This document shows, one piece after another, positions 1 to 8,534 of a stretch of DNA of 64,000 bases (positions within the stretch are counted from its first letter, which is position 1; every line of letters begins with the position of its first letter). This DNA is from Minisyncoccia bacterium (lineage in GTDB: Bacteria; Patescibacteriota; Minisyncoccia; Phycocordibacterales; Phycocordibacteraceae): positions 12,317 to 76,316 of the forward strand of contig JBBQUV010000004.1 of the NCBI GenBank assembly GCA_038212075.1, read 5' to 3'. The notes beneath the pieces are model-generated. The model saw only the letters and a program-made list of their open reading frames with translations. It ran no database searches and had not been told where the DNA came from. Position numbers and translations under genes: made by a program.

Positions 1-2081
1 AAAAACTCGGCGCTGAATTTGTCGCAGTGCGTTCAAGCGCAACTGCCGAGGACGGTGCGGCGGCGGCATGGGCAGGGCAACTTGATACGTACCTCAACAC
101 TACAGATGCGACCCTGCTTGAAAACGTACAACGTTGTTGGGCATCGCTATTCACACCGCGCGCGATCTTCTATCGTTTTGAAAAAGGACTTCACTCCACA
201 CACATTTCGGTCGCCGTTGTGATTCAAAAAATGGTTAACAGCGATGCCGCTGGTATCGCGTTTTCTGTGCACCCGGTTACCGAAGACTATAACCAGCTGA
301 TTATTGAAGCTGGGTTTGGGCTGGGTGAAGCCGTGGTGTCGGGGCAAGTAACGCCGGATTCCTATGTCATCACGAAAGTGCCACGAGAAATAATGGATAA
401 GAATATTTCCGAACAAACGCGCGCGATATATCGAAAAGAGGGAGGGGGAAATGAATGGCGCAACATCCCGACTGAAAAAGCATCGCTACAGGTACTTACC
501 GACGAGCAAATACTCGCACTTACCGAAACAGTCATTGGTATTGAAAAGCATTACGGCTTTCCTGTCGACACTGAGTGGGCAATGGAAAAAGGTGAAATGT
601 ACATCACTCAAAGCCGTCCTATTACGACACTCACCAATAATAACCAAGCAAGCGAATTACATTTTAATTCTCCAGCATTGCAGGGGTTTAATCCTACGGA
701 TTACGAGTACGACGGGCTTTGGAAGAATGATCTTTTCCCAACGTGTTTCTGGCAGGATTGTTGGGTGCCAGATGTCGTTACAGATATAAAGCTCGATATG
801 CAGGGGGCAGGAGTGATGAATTTGAAGGGAGGTCATTTCCTAATCAATAAAGCGGCTCGAGCAAACGTGGACGCACAAATCAAACAGATTATCGACGAAC
901 GGAACGGTGCGTTTTTCAAAAACCTTGTCAGTGTGTCGGACAATATATTCTCTTGGGCAGTTGAGAAAGGAGAAGAAATAAAAACAAAGCCACCCACGCT
1001 CGATGCTTTCCGAGATTTTGTAGCTACCGCAAAGAAAGTAAATTTTCTTTGGCTTATTGGTGCGTCCTATATCCAGTGGCCTGTAGAGGAACGACTGCAA
1101 GAAGCGATTATCGAAGATAAGATTCCAGCCGAACATGCTCTGGATGTTGTGCCCAAGGTTGATACGCCACTTATTCGGTATCAAGAGGGCTTGACCTCGC
1201 TTGCGAAGGAGGTAGAAGGAAAGTCATTTGCAGAGATCAAGAATGATCCAACCCTATACGAAAAACTTGAGACACATGCAAAAGCCTATTCGTGGATAGA
1301 GATTTTCAATTTTATTGGAGAACCGCTAACTCCCGAACGACTGTACGAACAGCTTGCGCATATCGATACAACAAAATCTTTGCACGCGTATGTTCCGTCC
1401 TCACCGCTTTCTTCGAAACTCCAGTTTGTCGCAGAGTGCATGCAAGCAGTGGGGTATGTAAAGCAAGCCGGAGCAGAATACTTCTCTATCTTTTCTGAAA
1501 AAACTATACCGTTTCTGCAAAAAGTCGCTGGTGAAATTGGGCTAACCTATCGAGAGCTTATGTGTCTTTTGGTTGATGAAGTTGACCAGGCGCTCGAAGG
1601 AAAAATCACTACTGAGGAATTGAAAAAAAGAGCCAACAAGCGCCTTGAGACAGTAGATTGGGTGGTCATCGGCGGCGCAGACGGCAAAATGATATTTGCT
1701 GATGATCCGGCCGACATTAATCTTCTTGTGGAAAAGATGGTTCCTCGCATCGGAGCAGGCACGCAGGAACTTGTGGGACAGATTGGCAACCGAGGTTCGT
1801 TCACTGGCCCAGCTCGGATCATTATGAATACGTATGACTTCAATAAATTACAGCCCGGTGACGTGCTGGTGACGACCATGACGACACCGGACTTTATCGT
1901 ACTTATGCAAAAGTCGGGAGCAATAGTTACCGACATAGGTGGGCTTTTATGTCATGCGGCAATTGTTTCGCGTGAGCTTGGAAAGCCATGTGTCATAGGT
2001 ACGAAATTTGCAACGCAATTGTTTAAGGACGGAGACATGGTGGAGGTGGACGGAGACAAAGGAGTAGTGCGGAAGATATAG
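1..2081 (+). CDS. PEP synthase / rifampicin-phosphotransferase-like protein: PPDK_N-type ATP-grasp nucleotide-binding region, helical linker, then C-terminal PEP-utilizing-enzyme mobile (swivel phosphohistidine) domain. 5' end lies outside the window; there is no C-terminal PEP/pyruvate TIM-barrel.
   Basis: The reading frame is open from nt 1 (KLGAEFVAVRSSATAEDGAAAAWAGQLDTY...). The PPDK_N-like motifs AGIAFSVHPVT and EAGFGLGEAVVSGQVTPDSY are present. The C-terminus reads VLVTTMTTPDFIVLMQKSGAIVTDIGGLLCHAAIVSRELGKPCVIGTKFA, which is the conserved swivel-domain His motif. Confidence 0.85.
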   Translation, partial: KLGAEFVAVRSSATAEDGAAAAWAGQLDTYLNTTDATLLENVQRCWASLFTPRAIFYRFEKGLHSTHISVAVVIQKMVNSDAAGIAFSVHPVTEDYNQLIIEAGFGLGEAVVSGQVTPDSYVITKVPREIMDKNISEQTRAIYRKEGGGNEWRNIPTEKASLQVLTDEQILALTETVIGIEKHYGFPVDTEWAMEKGEMYITQSRPITTLTNNNQASELHFNSPALQGFNPTDYEYDGLWKNDLFPTCFWQDCWVPDVVTDIKLDMQGAGVMNLKGGHFLINKAARANVDAQIKQIIDERNGAFFKNLVSVSDNIFSWAVEKGEEIKTKPPTLDAFRDFVATAKKVNFLWLIGASYIQWPVEERLQEAIIEDKIPAEHALDVVPKVDTPLIRYQEGLTSLAKEVEGKSFAEIKNDPTLYEKLETHAKAYSWIEIFNFIGEPLTPERLYEQLAHIDTTKSLHAYVPSSPLSSKLQFVAECMQAVGYVKQAGAEYFSIFSEKTIPFLQKVAGEIGLTYRELMCLLVDEVDQALEGKITTEELKKRANKRLETVDWVVIGGADGKMIFADDPADINLLVEKMVPRIGAGTQELVGQIGNRGSFTGPARIIMNTYDFNKLQPGDVLVTTMTTPDFIVLMQKSGAIVTDIGGLLCHAAIVSRELGKPCVIGTKFATQLFKDGDMVEVDGDKGVVRKI

Positions 2082-2084
2082 GGT

Positions 2085-3107
2085 ATGAGTGAGAAAAGAA
2101 TTATCTTTACCAAACCCTACGAGAGAGATTTTACGCTCGCGATAGAGGAGTATTGGGCGCGCGGATTTCTTGACGTCCTTCTGCCGCGCCTTGGCCTCAC
2201 GTCACCGTTTGAAATATTTGAAATCTTCTACGTCACCGAGGAGAACATGCAGATATGGGAAAATGAAGCAGCTATTCAATGGATACAGGACGAATTGCTT
2301 GCGCGAGTGAACGCCAACCATGCATTTCTTGATCCATATATAGCAGAATACATGGCGCTCCTTGCGCCACTTGAAACATTTTGGCACCAAGGAGCCACGA
2401 ATAACCTCTCCAAAATCAAAGAGTACAGCGAACTAATTCGAGTCGCCGCACCGCTTTTTTCGATGTGGTACTACCCGTGCATCGACGATCGGATTCCGGA
2501 GGATGTACTTATCCGACTGAAGGAGATTCGAAGGACCGATGAATTCTTCGCGAGCAACGATACTTTCATCAAGGACTGCATAGAGAAGCTCGGGGCGGAG
2601 CCGCGGCTCGGGAATCTCGTATATGCCGATGAATTTCCCAACATACCGAGTATGCAGGTACTGAAGATGCGTGCGGCAGGTGTCGTCGGCATCGACGGAA
2701 GACAGCAATTGGTAATGACACTTGAAGCGTATGCAAAGCAGCATCCGGAATATGAATTCGTCGGGTTGTTCGACAAGGTACCAGAGGTAAACGAAGTGAA
2801 AGGGCAGGTCGCGCAGAAGGGCATGGCGACTGGCACGGTGCGTATTGTGAAGAACAAGCGACAAATGCTCGACGTAAAAGATGGAGACATTTTGGTATCG
2901 CCGATGACCACACCTGACTTTCTCTCTGCGATGAAAAAAGCAGCAGCATTTGTTACTGATGAAGGTGGCATCATGTGTCATGCCGCTATCGTCGCTCGAG
3001 AAATGAAAAAGCCCTGCGTTATTGGAACTAAATTCGCAACACAAATCTTCAAGGACGGTGACCTGATAGAAGTAGATGCCGAACAGGGTATTATTAGGAA
3101 ACTATGA
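2085..3107 (+). CDS. PEP-utilizer swivel-domain paralog: helical domain plus C-terminal phosphohistidine mobile domain, with no ATP-grasp.
   Basis: C-terminus GDILVSPMTTPDFLSAMKKAAAFVTDEGGIMCHAAIVAREMKKPCVIGTKFATQIFKDGDLIEVD is near-identical in pattern to the gene 1 C-terminus. It starts 4 nt after the gene 1 stop. Confidence 0.8.
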   Translation: MSEKRIIFTKPYERDFTLAIEEYWARGFLDVLLPRLGLTSPFEIFEIFYVTEENMQIWENEAAIQWIQDELLARVNANHAFLDPYIAEYMALLAPLETFWHQGATNNLSKIKEYSELIRVAAPLFSMWYYPCIDDRIPEDVLIRLKEIRRTDEFFASNDTFIKDCIEKLGAEPRLGNLVYADEFPNIPSMQVLKMRAAGVVGIDGRQQLVMTLEAYAKQHPEYEFVGLFDKVPEVNEVKGQVAQKGMATGTVRIVKNKRQMLDVKDGDILVSPMTTPDFLSAMKKAAAFVTDEGGIMCHAAIVAREMKKPCVIGTKFATQIFKDGDLIEVDAEQGIIRKL

Positions 3108-3424
3108 TTATAAAAGGTATGGCAGCAAGCCAGGGCATCGCAGAAGGCTCAGTCAAGATCGTGATTGGCTCAAACGATATCAGTAAGTTCAAAGAAGGCG
3201 ATATTCTTGTCGCGGAGGTGACAGAGCCTTCAATGGTGCTCATGATGACTATGGCTGCTGCCATCGTTACCGATAAGGGCGGCATGACGACTCATGCAGC
3301 CATCGTTTCGCGCGAACTCGGCGTGCCGTGCGTCGTCGGAACCAGGGAGGCAACGACCACACTCAAGGACGGCATGCGGGTGCGTGTCGACGGTTCCGCC
3401 GGGACGGTCGAGATGCTCGATTGA
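3104..3424 (+). CDS. Stand-alone PEP-utilizing-enzyme mobile (swivel phosphohistidine) domain protein, 106 aa.
   Basis: MIIKGMAASQGIAEGSVKIV...GDILVAEVTEPSMVLMMTMAAAIVTDKGGMTTHAAIVSRELGVPCVVGTREATTTLKDG covers the swivel domain only. It overlaps the upstream stop by 4 nt (ATGA coupling). Confidence 0.8.
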   Translation: MIIKGMAASQGIAEGSVKIVIGSNDISKFKEGDILVAEVTEPSMVLMMTMAAAIVTDKGGMTTHAAIVSRELGVPCVVGTREATTTLKDGMRVRVDGSAGTVEMLD

Positions 3425-3425
3425 T

Positions 3426-4502
3426 ATGACTCCTTCCTGGATAGACGAGTATGCTCGCTCCGTCCACCAAGCGTATGTAGGAATGGTGCCATCGCGATGG
3501 TCTTCGCTTGACGGATTGAAAGCGTATCAGTCGCAGCAAGGAGCTTCCTTCATTTTTCTCGAGCGTCTGCGCATAAAGCATACGGAACTCGGTACGAAGC
3601 CGGAAGTACTTTTCAAACTTTTCAGTACTGCATCCACGCTCCGTGCCACTTTTTTGTTCCTCGCTTGGGAATACGCGAAGATATCAGATAAAAATGAGTA
3701 TCGTGTGCTCGCCCGAAACATATTCGATTGGCTCGATGGCATCCTTTCCGCGGGAATGCTCGAAGACAAATGGGTTCTTGCCAAGAATCTTATTCATACA
3801 TCCGAGGAAGTCGCAGGTACCCTTACCGATACTCCGTGGATAGAAGAAAACCTGCAGGCCGTGAAGGACGCGGGGAAGATGTATGTAAGCGCCGCGTCAA
3901 TAGGATTCGCCCTTTACCGCGACTTCTTTCCACAAGAAGCGCATGAAGCATACGGCCCTTATGACGCGAGCGAGCGTTTTGGTCCGGATACAACTCTTGT
4001 CGTAAAGCATTTCCCGAAATTGAAACCAGTCGAGCTCTGGCCCGAGGTGAAAAATTTTCCATACGAAGAAGTAACTATCTACCAGATATTGAAAGGAGTG
4101 CACTTCCGATGCGAACTTATCGGAATGCATTCTTTGTATGACGGTCCGTCTGTGCCGAACACAGCGGCCATAGCGGTAAAAGTAGACGGGCGCTTTCTGC
4201 CAGAAGATGAGATCGCGAAGGTTGCTATGGATATTGCGAAGCACGCAACCGAGTACTCGCATCTCTATGAGAAACTTACACTTCATGAAGCGAAGCTCAA
4301 ATTTGTCGAGTGGGAAACGTATCAGTTCAACCGGCTCTTCGAAGCCGCCGGCATGGACTGGCGTCCGACAGATGGGCTCCTCGCGCCTGTGATGGCCAAC
4401 GATATTCCTATGGGCATCTCCATCGATTCCTGGCCAGTATATGAGGAGTTCGTATCGAGTAAGGAGTACGAAGTGTTCTGGCTCCAAGACCTCTATAAAT
4501 AA
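3426..4502 (+). CDS. Hypothetical protein of the same array, without a swivel domain. Its ATG is 2 nt after the stop of the stand-alone swivel-domain gene.
   Basis: ORF with ATG at 3426 (MTPSWIDEYARSVHQAY...) immediately after the TGA at 3422-3424. There is no recognisable catalytic motif. Its position and translational coupling suggest it is the partner of the 106-aa swivel protein. Confidence 0.55.
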   Translation: MTPSWIDEYARSVHQAYVGMVPSRWSSLDGLKAYQSQQGASFIFLERLRIKHTELGTKPEVLFKLFSTASTLRATFLFLAWEYAKISDKNEYRVLARNIFDWLDGILSAGMLEDKWVLAKNLIHTSEEVAGTLTDTPWIEENLQAVKDAGKMYVSAASIGFALYRDFFPQEAHEAYGPYDASERFGPDTTLVVKHFPKLKPVELWPEVKNFPYEEVTIYQILKGVHFRCELIGMHSLYDGPSVPNTAAIAVKVDGRFLPEDEIAKVAMDIAKHATEYSHLYEKLTLHEAKLKFVEWETYQFNRLFEAAGMDWRPTDGLLAPVMANDIPMGISIDSWPVYEEFVSSKEYEVFWLQDLYK

Positions 4503-4515
4503 TAAGACGACATAC

Positions 4516-6171
4516 ATGAAGCCTTATGTAGCACTCGGAGTTCGCAATAGGACGCTGATGGAGGGGTATGGTCTTCTTGATTCCTATAAGCGACAGATAC
4601 CGGGTACGAAATGTCAGATAGAGAAGGCGCTCGACGTCGGAGAAGGGTACGCGGTGCGCCTCTGTCACAATGTTGAGGACAGGGCTCGTATTAGAAAGAT
4701 AATGGAAGAAGAGGTCCGTGCTGGCATATATACGCAAGAATTCTTCGACGCTATAGATACGACTTATAAAGATATAGTCAAAGATTTGAAATTCTTCGAG
4801 GAAGTCGATTTTAGTTCCATTAGTTCCGACGAAGTCCTCGCGTATTTCGACCATTTCTATCAGCTAGTTGTTACGACGGTTCATCCGATGGTTCTCGGAA
4901 TTTACGCTTCCGACTTGCAGGATGTGTTCGAAGCGGAACTCAAAACAGCTCTTGGGAATGATGCAAACGATGAAGTAGTGCTCAGTCATACTGCACTTCT
5001 TCTTACCCCTACTCGTCTTATAACCGTCCAGAAGGAAGAACAGCGGCTCTTTGAGATACAGGATCGTTTTGAGCACGAATATCCCTCAGGAACGGACGAG
5101 CAGTACGAAATCTGGAGTAAGCAACCCGATGCAGCTGTATTATTCGATACTCTTGTCACAAATCTCGGTTGGTTCCATATGGAATACCTTGGCGAGCCGC
5201 GTACCGCCGAGGAATATCAAAAGCAGATCGGAGAGCGCATCGCTGATCTCCGGAAGGCGGGGATCGAATGGACAACCCAGCAATCTCCGAAAGCACGTCT
5301 TGAAGAGCTGACGGGCGAACAGAAAGCATTTTTCGCTCGCCACTCTGATACCGCTCTACTGCAAGCGCTTGTCTTTACGATGCAGGAATATCTCATCGTC
5401 CTTGATTTCTCTAAAGCCGATCTCATTGAGGGATTGTATTATTCGAGACCCCTTCTTGCTGAGCTCGGCAAGCGCGTCGGACTCGATTCGTGGATAGACG
5501 TTCGTTACCTTACGCTGGAAGAATTGCGCGCATTCATACACGAGAAAAGGATAGTGAATAAAGACTACATCCGGGAGCGCAAGGAATACTGGACTGCGCT
5601 ACTTGAGGACGGTGTCATCAGTCTCACGTACGGTAGAGAAGCGCGTGAACTTACTGATCGGATTCTCGAGAAAGATGAGGTTACTGATACAAAAGAGTTC
5701 AAAGGGCTTTCCGCATATCCCGGAGTTGTCCGGGGAATTGCGTGTGTAGTAACTTCAGCTAAGGATCGCGACAAATTTAAACAGGGACAGATACTCGTGA
5801 CCGTAGATACGACAACGGAGCTTACATCTATTATCAAAAAATCCGCCGCCATCGTCGCGGACCAGGGAGGTTTGCTTTCCCATACCGCCATCGTTTCCCG
5901 CGAGTTCAAGATTCCGTGCATCGTCAGAACGAAGATAGGTACGAAGCTTGTGAAGGATGGGGATGAGATCGAAGTAGATGCTGGTAAGGGCATTGTCCGG
6001 ATCCTTAACCAGAGAGAAAAGATTCTGCTATGCTTGCTGTATAACCAAAACTATTTATGGAACAAGGCTTCAGGCATACATACGCGGAAGGGAACGAGAA
6101 GGCTCCGAAGGCATTTCATCTTCGAATGCATATCTTCCGACATGGGAAGAAGGACGGCCCTCATGACGTGA
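4516..6171 (+). CDS. PEP-utilizer swivel-domain paralog: helical linker region plus C-terminal phosphohistidine domain, no ATP-grasp.
   Basis: C-terminus GQILVTVDTTTELTSIIKKSAAIVADQGGLLSHTAIVSREFKIPCIVRTKIGTKLVKDGDEIEVD. The upstream linker (LTLEELRAFIHEKRIVNKDYIRERKEY...TKEFKGLSAYPGVVRGIACVV) aligns with the corresponding region of gene 1. The motif LGWFHMEYLGEPRTAEEY is shared with genes 1, 7 and 8. Confidence 0.75.
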   Translation: MKPYVALGVRNRTLMEGYGLLDSYKRQIPGTKCQIEKALDVGEGYAVRLCHNVEDRARIRKIMEEEVRAGIYTQEFFDAIDTTYKDIVKDLKFFEEVDFSSISSDEVLAYFDHFYQLVVTTVHPMVLGIYASDLQDVFEAELKTALGNDANDEVVLSHTALLLTPTRLITVQKEEQRLFEIQDRFEHEYPSGTDEQYEIWSKQPDAAVLFDTLVTNLGWFHMEYLGEPRTAEEYQKQIGERIADLRKAGIEWTTQQSPKARLEELTGEQKAFFARHSDTALLQALVFTMQEYLIVLDFSKADLIEGLYYSRPLLAELGKRVGLDSWIDVRYLTLEELRAFIHEKRIVNKDYIRERKEYWTALLEDGVISLTYGREARELTDRILEKDEVTDTKEFKGLSAYPGVVRGIACVVTSAKDRDKFKQGQILVTVDTTTELTSIIKKSAAIVADQGGLLSHTAIVSREFKIPCIVRTKIGTKLVKDGDEIEVDAGKGIVRILNQREKILLCLLYNQNYLWNKASGIHTRKGTRRLRRHFIFECISSDMGRRTALMT

Positions 6172-6950
6172 CCCCCGAAGTGGATATGGTAATGGCCCTG
6201 AAATCGGAAGGCAGGATGCAAGCCCATGAGAAAGGTGTCAGTTTAGGAACAACGGGCGGCGTTGCAAGTGGTAGCAGCCGAGCGCGTACCCGTGAGACCG
6301 CGATGCACGTCGCGCACGCGAATAATCCGGAAATAAAAGGTACCGAAACCTATGAAGAACTGGTTGAGAAACTGGGTAGGCCGTGGACGAATAAGGCATT
6401 CGACATGCCGTTTAGCAAGGATGACGAAGATTTTCCCATCATCCTAGAGAAATCGAATGACGGTACGCTCCTCAAATGGTGTGCTGAGCAGGCTGATAAG
6501 GCGCTTGTGGAAGGAGACGCGAGCAATACCATTTACGGTACCCAGGCGCGCGAGATAGCAAAAGTCTTAGTACGTTTCGCGGCCATAGCGTCAAAAATGG
6601 CGGACCGTGCCGAACTTATGTTTGAGCGTGGCGAAGAACCAGAAACTGAGCGTGAACAAGTGATGGGAACACATGCGGGCGTGAATGAGTCATTCGTCGC
6701 CGAAGTCGTGAAGCGTACGCTTGGCGAGGATGAACGACAGAAACTGCTGGACGCCGTCCCATCCGGTGTTATGGAAACGCAAGGGTCGGACATCAATATC
6801 GTGGCTCGCCCTGGCGGAGAAGAACCACGCATCCACCTAAGATTCGAAGGAGGAAAAGAACAGAAATATATCTTTGATCAGGATGTCCCTCTCTCAGTCA
6901 TTCGTAGCATTATCAAAGATTTTTCTCCGAGAGAAACCCCAGAAGCATGA
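6126..6950 (+). CDS. Histidine phosphatase superfamily (phosphoglycerate-mutase/SixA-like branch) protein.
   Basis: N-terminal MHIFRHGKKDGPHD (RHG catalytic motif), GVASGSSRARTRETA (the SS-x-RA-x-TA motif) and a distal QVMGTHAGVNESFV (second catalytic His). The start is chosen at the ATG just before RHG. The longer ORF from 6057 overlaps the upstream gene further. Confidence 0.6.
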   Translation: MHIFRHGKKDGPHDVTPEVDMVMALKSEGRMQAHEKGVSLGTTGGVASGSSRARTRETAMHVAHANNPEIKGTETYEELVEKLGRPWTNKAFDMPFSKDDEDFPIILEKSNDGTLLKWCAEQADKALVEGDASNTIYGTQAREIAKVLVRFAAIASKMADRAELMFERGEEPETEREQVMGTHAGVNESFVAEVVKRTLGEDERQKLLDAVPSGVMETQGSDINIVARPGGEEPRIHLRFEGGKEQKYIFDQDVPLSVIRSIIKDFSPRETPEA

Positions 6951-8527
6951 ATAAGAACCTTGAATGGTTCTGGGCGCACCGGAGGAATTCAAGCCTTCAT
7001 CATATGAGTTTTCTTATGCGTGGACTCGCAGGGAAGGGGTGGGCGCCCGCGGTTGATTTCTGGTTTGATAATCAGGCGTTTGTGGGCGTTCCTGGTAAAG
7101 GAATTTATATCTTTTACGATAAGCATCAGCTTTCGTCAGAGGGGAAATACAAGGATGTACAGGAAAGTATCGATAAAAATCCGGATTTTGTAGGAGATTT
7201 CAAGAAACGTACCGATGAATTATTCGGCGCAATATTTGCGAGCTGTAAGCAGATTGATGCCGCGGACCTGGTCGCCTTTACGGATACAGAACTCGAAGCA
7301 CTCTACGTCGAGATACTCTCGAGTTTGATGATTGCACCGATTATCTCGGTCCAGCTTTGGGGTATTGAAGCATGTTTCGATGAGAGCTATCGTATTATTC
7401 GTTTCTTGCGTTCACGGCTTGAGGAACTCCATAAGAGTCGAGATTTTGATACCTACCGCGGGTTACTATCTGTGAACACAGGCGAGACCGTTGCTTTCAC
7501 CGAGCAGAAAGATTTCTATGGCGTTGCGGCTCAGATAGCGCGCGTGCCTGAACTCGCCATTTTATTCGCTGGTGAAAATACTGCGAGTGCAAGTACTGCA
7601 TTAAAACGTTTTCCGAAAGAGGATGCGCTTTTTACCGGACATGTCTCAAAATATGAGTGGATGCATTCGGAATATGTTGGGCATGCATGGTCGCGTGAAA
7701 AATGGATAGCACTCTTTCAAAAAGCATTCCGGGAGACCTTAAGGCCAGAGGAGAAGCTTAAGGAACTGCTTGAGAATTTTGCCGAACAGAACGCGGAGCG
7801 AAATAATGCGATCGCAGAATTGTCACCACCACCGGACGTACTTCATGCCATAGATGCGCTCGGTGAATTTATTGCACAACGTGATTGGACCAAGGGATAT
7901 TTTACGAAGATACTGCTCAGTTATCACAAACTGCTGGACGAGATAGGTCGGCGTCACGGTCTCGCGCGCACAGAGCTTTTCGACTACTCATATATCGAGG
8001 TTCAGGAACTTCTTGCTTCTGGCAACAGACTTTCAAACGAAGAACTCAAAAGTCGTAAGCAAGATGGTTTCGCTGTAGTAATTACGGGAGGTGACTTCAA
8101 TCTTACGACTGGTAAGGATGCAATTGCTAGTGTCATCAACACGGAAGGATTGGCTGAGCCGTTTGAGAAATATATGAACGTCTCAGAATTCAAGGGACTT
8201 GCCGCTTCGCGCGGGCACATCACCGGGAAGGCGAGAGTACTTGAAGATGCTTCACGGATTTCGGAACTTCAACCCGGAGAGATACTGGTAACATACATGA
8301 CGACGATTGAATTTATCCCGGCTTTCCGAAAGGCCGCCGCCGTAGTGACAGACGAGGGCGGCATGTCGTGTCATGCCGCGATCATTAGTCGTGAATTCAA
8401 GCTACCTTGCGTGGTGGGAACAAAAGTTGCCACAAGAGTGGTGCAAACGGGCGATACGCTTGAGGTAGATGCGATCCACGGAATTATAAAGATACTTGAT
8501 TCGGCAACACCGTCTGACGCTGTATAA
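6947..8527 (+). CDS. PEP-utilizer swivel-domain paralog: N-terminal helical domain plus C-terminal phosphohistidine domain.
   Basis: C-terminus GEILVTYMTTIEFIPAFRKAAAVVTDEGGMSCHAAIISREFKLPCVVGTKVATRVVQTGDTLEVD. The linker LARTELFDYSYIEVQELLASGNRLSNEELKSRKQDGFAVVITGGDFNL...GHITGKARVL parallels the gene 1 linker, and WMHSEYVGHAWSREKW matches the shared motif. ATGA overlap with the upstream gene. Confidence 0.75.
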   Translation: MNKNLEWFWAHRRNSSLHHMSFLMRGLAGKGWAPAVDFWFDNQAFVGVPGKGIYIFYDKHQLSSEGKYKDVQESIDKNPDFVGDFKKRTDELFGAIFASCKQIDAADLVAFTDTELEALYVEILSSLMIAPIISVQLWGIEACFDESYRIIRFLRSRLEELHKSRDFDTYRGLLSVNTGETVAFTEQKDFYGVAAQIARVPELAILFAGENTASASTALKRFPKEDALFTGHVSKYEWMHSEYVGHAWSREKWIALFQKAFRETLRPEEKLKELLENFAEQNAERNNAIAELSPPPDVLHAIDALGEFIAQRDWTKGYFTKILLSYHKLLDEIGRRHGLARTELFDYSYIEVQELLASGNRLSNEELKSRKQDGFAVVITGGDFNLTTGKDAIASVINTEGLAEPFEKYMNVSEFKGLAASRGHITGKARVLEDASRISELQPGEILVTYMTTIEFIPAFRKAAAVVTDEGGMSCHAAIISREFKLPCVVGTKVATRVVQTGDTLEVDAIHGIIKILDSATPSDAV

Positions 8528-8534
8528 TTTTTGC

